Below, piece by piece: positions 45,315 to 47,656 of a stretch of 47,656 nucleotides of DNA. A model generated the notes under the pieces. The model was not told where the DNA came from. It worked only from the letters and a program-made list of their open reading frames with translations, and made no database searches. Within the stretch, counting starts at the first letter, position 1; the number at the start of each line of letters is the position of its first letter. The position numbers and the translations under genes are program-made. This DNA is from a virus (taxonomy: Duplodnaviria > Caudoviricetes): positions 1-47,656 of IMG/VR virus record IMGVR_UViG_3300037419_001718; one strand, 5' to 3'.

Positions 45315-46229
45315 TTACGGCAGCGCCGGGGCCAGCGAGGACTGGGTCTTGACGACCAGCAGCGACTCGGGCCGGAACAGCGACCAGCCGAGAAGGCCGT
45401 ACCAGCCGACCGGGAAGAACCGCTTGAGGGCGTCGGTCACGGGACCGATGACCGTGTGCGGCTCGACGGCGGTGGCCTCGACCAGCGCCTGCTTGCCCGT
45501 GACGTAGGTCAGGTAGGTGCCAGCCACACCCGAGGCCGGGTCGGTGACCTTGCAGCGGGTGTTCTCGATGAACCGGATCGCCGAGTAGCGGCCGATCTCA
45601 CCGGCGTAGATCGCGCCGGTGTCGACGTACTCGTGGGGGGTGGCCCACGTGTTGGCCCCGGACTCGCTCATCAGGTCGAAGGTCACGTCCGGGTGGACGT
45701 GCGCGACGTACGAGGAGCCGTCCTTGAACGGGACGTTCGCCGACCGCATGTTGTTGCGGATCTCGCGGGTCAGCGACGCGGAGAAGGTCTTGGTGGTGCG
45801 ACCGGTCGCGTCGATGGTGTTCGTCCCGGCGTCCATCTTCGCCCGGACCAGGGCGTCGATCGTGTCGGCCTGCTGGCGGGCCAGCAGCTCGGCGATCTCC
45901 TGGTCGGGCTTGGTGAACGCGGTCGCCTGCAGGCGCAGCGTCTTGGGCACCCAGGCGCCGTACTCGGCGATGGTCACCGAGGTGCGGGTCGGGTTCGCCA
46001 CGACCAGCGAGTCCGGCGTGACCGTCTCGGCCAGCGGGGTCGTGGTCGTGCCCAGGTCGGCGTACCACGTGAAGTACACCGTGTCGCCGGGGTTCGTGAC
46101 GTTGACGGGACGCCGGTCCACGATGGACCGGAAGGTGGGCGTCTCGCGGAGCTGGAACTCCACCATCCGGTCGTAGGCCGGGATGATGAGGTTGGACAGC
46201 TGAGCGGTAGACGCGTAGGTGACAGTCAC
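45315..46229 (-). CDS. Major capsid protein (N4-gp56-like HK97 fold)
   Basis: GDTVYF, PLAETVTP, VTIAEYG, YVAHVHPDVTFDL, GEIG...IRFIE, D.L.RF..VGWY; follows scaffold; AAGGAG RBS. Confidence 0.88.
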   Translation of the reverse strand: MTVTYASTAQLSNLIIPAYDRMVEFQLRETPTFRSIVDRRPVNVTNPGDTVYFTWYADLGTTTTPLAETVTPDSLVVANPTRTSVTIAEYGAWVPKTLRLQATAFTKPDQEIAELLARQQADTIDALVRAKMDAGTNTIDATGRTTKTFSASLTREIRNNMRSANVPFKDGSSYVAHVHPDVTFDLMSESGANTWATPHEYVDTGAIYAGEIGRYSAIRFIENTRCKVTDPASGVAGTYLTYVTGKQALVEATAVEPHTVIGPVTDALKRFFPVGWYGLLGWSLFRPESLLVVKTQSSLAPALP

Positions 46230-46264
46230 CTGGTGCGCTCCTTAGCGCGCGGAGGGATGGGGGG

Positions 46265-46756
46265 CTACGCCTGGCGGCCCGCCTCGATCACCGCGTACTC
46301 CTCGATGAGCCGGTACAGCTCGTCGGGGTTCTTGGCCTCGGCGAACTTCTGCGCGTACTCCGCCTCGCTCATCGGGGCGATGGTCGGCGGGGACGCGTTC
46401 TGCGCGAGGCGCTGGGCAGCGGTGGTCTGGGCCTGCTGCTCCGGGGTCGTGGTGGCCGGAGCGGCCTGCGCACCCCACAGCTGGCCGTACTTCTCCACGA
46501 AGGCGGTGGCGGCCTCGTCGTTGAGGTCGCCGTCCTTGGGGAAGAAGTCCTTGGCCAGGTCGGGGATGCTGTGCTTGGCGAACAGGTCGGCGACACCGCG
46601 CTCGCGGGCCTCCGCGTCCTGCTTCGCCAGGCGCTCGTTGAGGGCCTTGTTCTCCGCGAGCACGCGCTCCAGCTGCTCGCGCAGCTTGCCGCCCTGGTTC
46701 TGGGAACCGGGCTCGGAGCCGTTCTCGCCGAGGAGGTCGTCGAGGCCGTCAGACAT
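46265..46756 (-). CDS. Capsid scaffolding protein
   Basis: Acidic coiled-coil 163 aa immediately upstream of capsid; ATG 46756 with purine-rich RBS. Confidence 0.75.
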   Translation of the reverse strand: MSDGLDDLLGENGSEPGSQNQGGKLREQLERVLAENKALNERLAKQDAEARERGVADLFAKHSIPDLAKDFFPKDGDLNDEAATAFVEKYGQLWGAQAAPATTTPEQQAQTTAAQRLAQNASPPTIAPMSEAEYAQKFAEAKNPDELYRLIEEYAVIEAGRQA

Positions 46757-46875
46757 GTGTTGCTCACCCTTCGTTGCGCACGCCAACGAGTCGTCCCAGG
46801 GGAAGGACGGTCGCGCTCGTGCTGAGAGCCGGACTTAGGACGCTGCATCCCGGGGCCGGTCGGTCCGGGGCAGGG

Positions 46876-46942
46876 TGGGGTGGCGAGGACTTGAACCTCG
46901 CTCCCACCGCTCTCGCGGTGGGTGTCGCCAGTCAGTCACCCC
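46876..46942 (-). ncRNA. tRNA-like RNA lacking an anticodon loop
   Basis: GGGGTGA-CTGACTGGCGACA-CCCACCGC(GAGA)GCGGTGGG-AG-CGAGG(TTCAAGT)CCTCG-CCACCCC-A: acceptor stem, GG-containing D loop, canonical T arm. Confidence 0.7.
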
Positions 46943-46949
46943 TAGCGGC

Positions 46950-47656
46950 TCAGTACGAGCCGCTGGTCCTGCGGTTGAGCGAGTTGGCGTCGGCGCCCGC
47001 GCGGGCGCTGAACAGGGCGCGCTCGGACTCCTCCAGCTGCTGCTGCTTGCGCAGCGCGGAGGCCGCGCCGGTGATGGTGGCCGCCTCGGCGGTGGCCTGG
47101 TCGAACGTCGTGCCGTTACGCCGGGCGATGGCCTGGTCGGCGGAGAGGGTCTGGCCGATCTGCGAGAAGCCCTGGCTGAGCTGGTCGACCGAGAAGCCCT
47201 GCTGGGCGTACTGCTCCAGCCGCCCCTGGTTGGCCTCCAGCCCGGACCGCTGCGCGGCCACGCCGCCCTGCGCGGCGGTGAGCATGTTCTGCAGCACCGG
47301 CAGGGAGCGGGACTCGTCGAGCACCGCCGCGATCCCGGCGCCGTCGGAGAGCCCGTAGAAGTTGCGCCACACGTCGCGCAGCTGGGGATCGCTGCCGAGG
47401 TAGACCTGCTGGGCGACCTGCACCCGGGACCTGAGTTCGTCCGGGGACACGTCGTTGGACAGGAACTGGTTGAAGTCGGCGGGCTGGTCGTAGAAGGAGC
47501 TGGGCAGCCCGTAGGACTGCAGCACCTGTCGGTAGGCGTTCTCGGTGGCGATGTACTCCGCCGGGCTCAGCGCGGCCAGGCCCGCCTTGATGCGGGCCTC
47601 GTTGGCCGAGAACCGCTGCTTGTAGGCGTCGGTCTGCTGCAGCTGCAGGGTGATCG
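46950..47656 (-). CDS. 3' part of the junction-spanning putative ejection protein
   Basis: In frame with 362..1 via the terminal repeat; ends ...LFSARAGADANSLNRRTSGSY. Confidence 0.8.
   Translation of the reverse strand, partial: ITLQLQQTDAYKQRFSANEARIKAGLAALSPAEYIATENAYRQVLQSYGLPSSFYDQPADFNQFLSNDVSPDELRSRVQVAQQVYLGSDPQLRDVWRNFYGLSDGAGIAAVLDESRSLPVLQNMLTAAQGGVAAQRSGLEANQGRLEQYAQQGFSVDQLSQGFSQIGQTLSADQAIARRNGTTFDQATAEAATITGAASALRKQQQLEESERALFSARAGADANSLNRRTSGSY
47425..47656. repeat. Terminal direct repeat copy 2 (circular overlap)
   Basis: Matches 1-232 with one mismatch; lies inside a CDS. Confidence 0.97.

Larger units (their letters stand above)
1..47656. mobile_element. Complete tailed bacteriophage genome (podovirus-like, probable actinobacterial host), circularly closed
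   Basis: Terminase, portal, capsid, tail, lysis and replication genes in two opposed arms; terminal 232-bp redundancy; no host housekeeping genes; very high GC. Confidence 0.93.

Noticed and set aside
46876-46942. Functional decoding tRNA or tmRNA gene
   Set aside because: No 7-nt anticodon loop, no proper D stem, no tag ORF or pseudoknots, no G3-U70; kept only as a tRNA-like element

Overview
An apparently complete, circularly closed genome of a high-GC tailed phage, most likely infecting Actinobacteria. Positions 1-232 repeat at 47425-47656 with one synonymous SNP, giving a unit length of about 47,424 bp. Virion and lysis genes run on the minus strand from 13.2 kb, through the contig junction, down to 35.7 kb. 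Their order is terminase, portal, putative ejection proteins (including an NlpC/P60 hydrolase), scaffold, major capsid, fibre/appendage proteins, tail proteins, endolysin, holin. No tape measure or tail tube module is visible, so a podovirus is inferred. Early, replication and accessory genes run on the plus strand from 14.4 to 35.4 kb: Cas4/RecB-like nuclease, DnaB-like helicase, split primase, Holliday junction resolvase, metallophosphoesterase, sigma-like protein and an Xer-sized tyrosine recombinase. No DNA polymerase is recognisable. The most unusual signals are (1) a 67-nt anticodon-less tRNA-like RNA just upstream of the scaffold/capsid leader, (2) tandem 8-bp TGAYRG boxes over several early promoters plus an RHH protein, (3) a recurring AGGCACAC start-associated motif in hairpin-bounded early cassettes, (4) a tandem D5-type wHTH / degenerate HicA-like fusion protein, and (5) a palindrome-dense candidate origin. 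All functional calls come from motif reading by eye; no searches were run.
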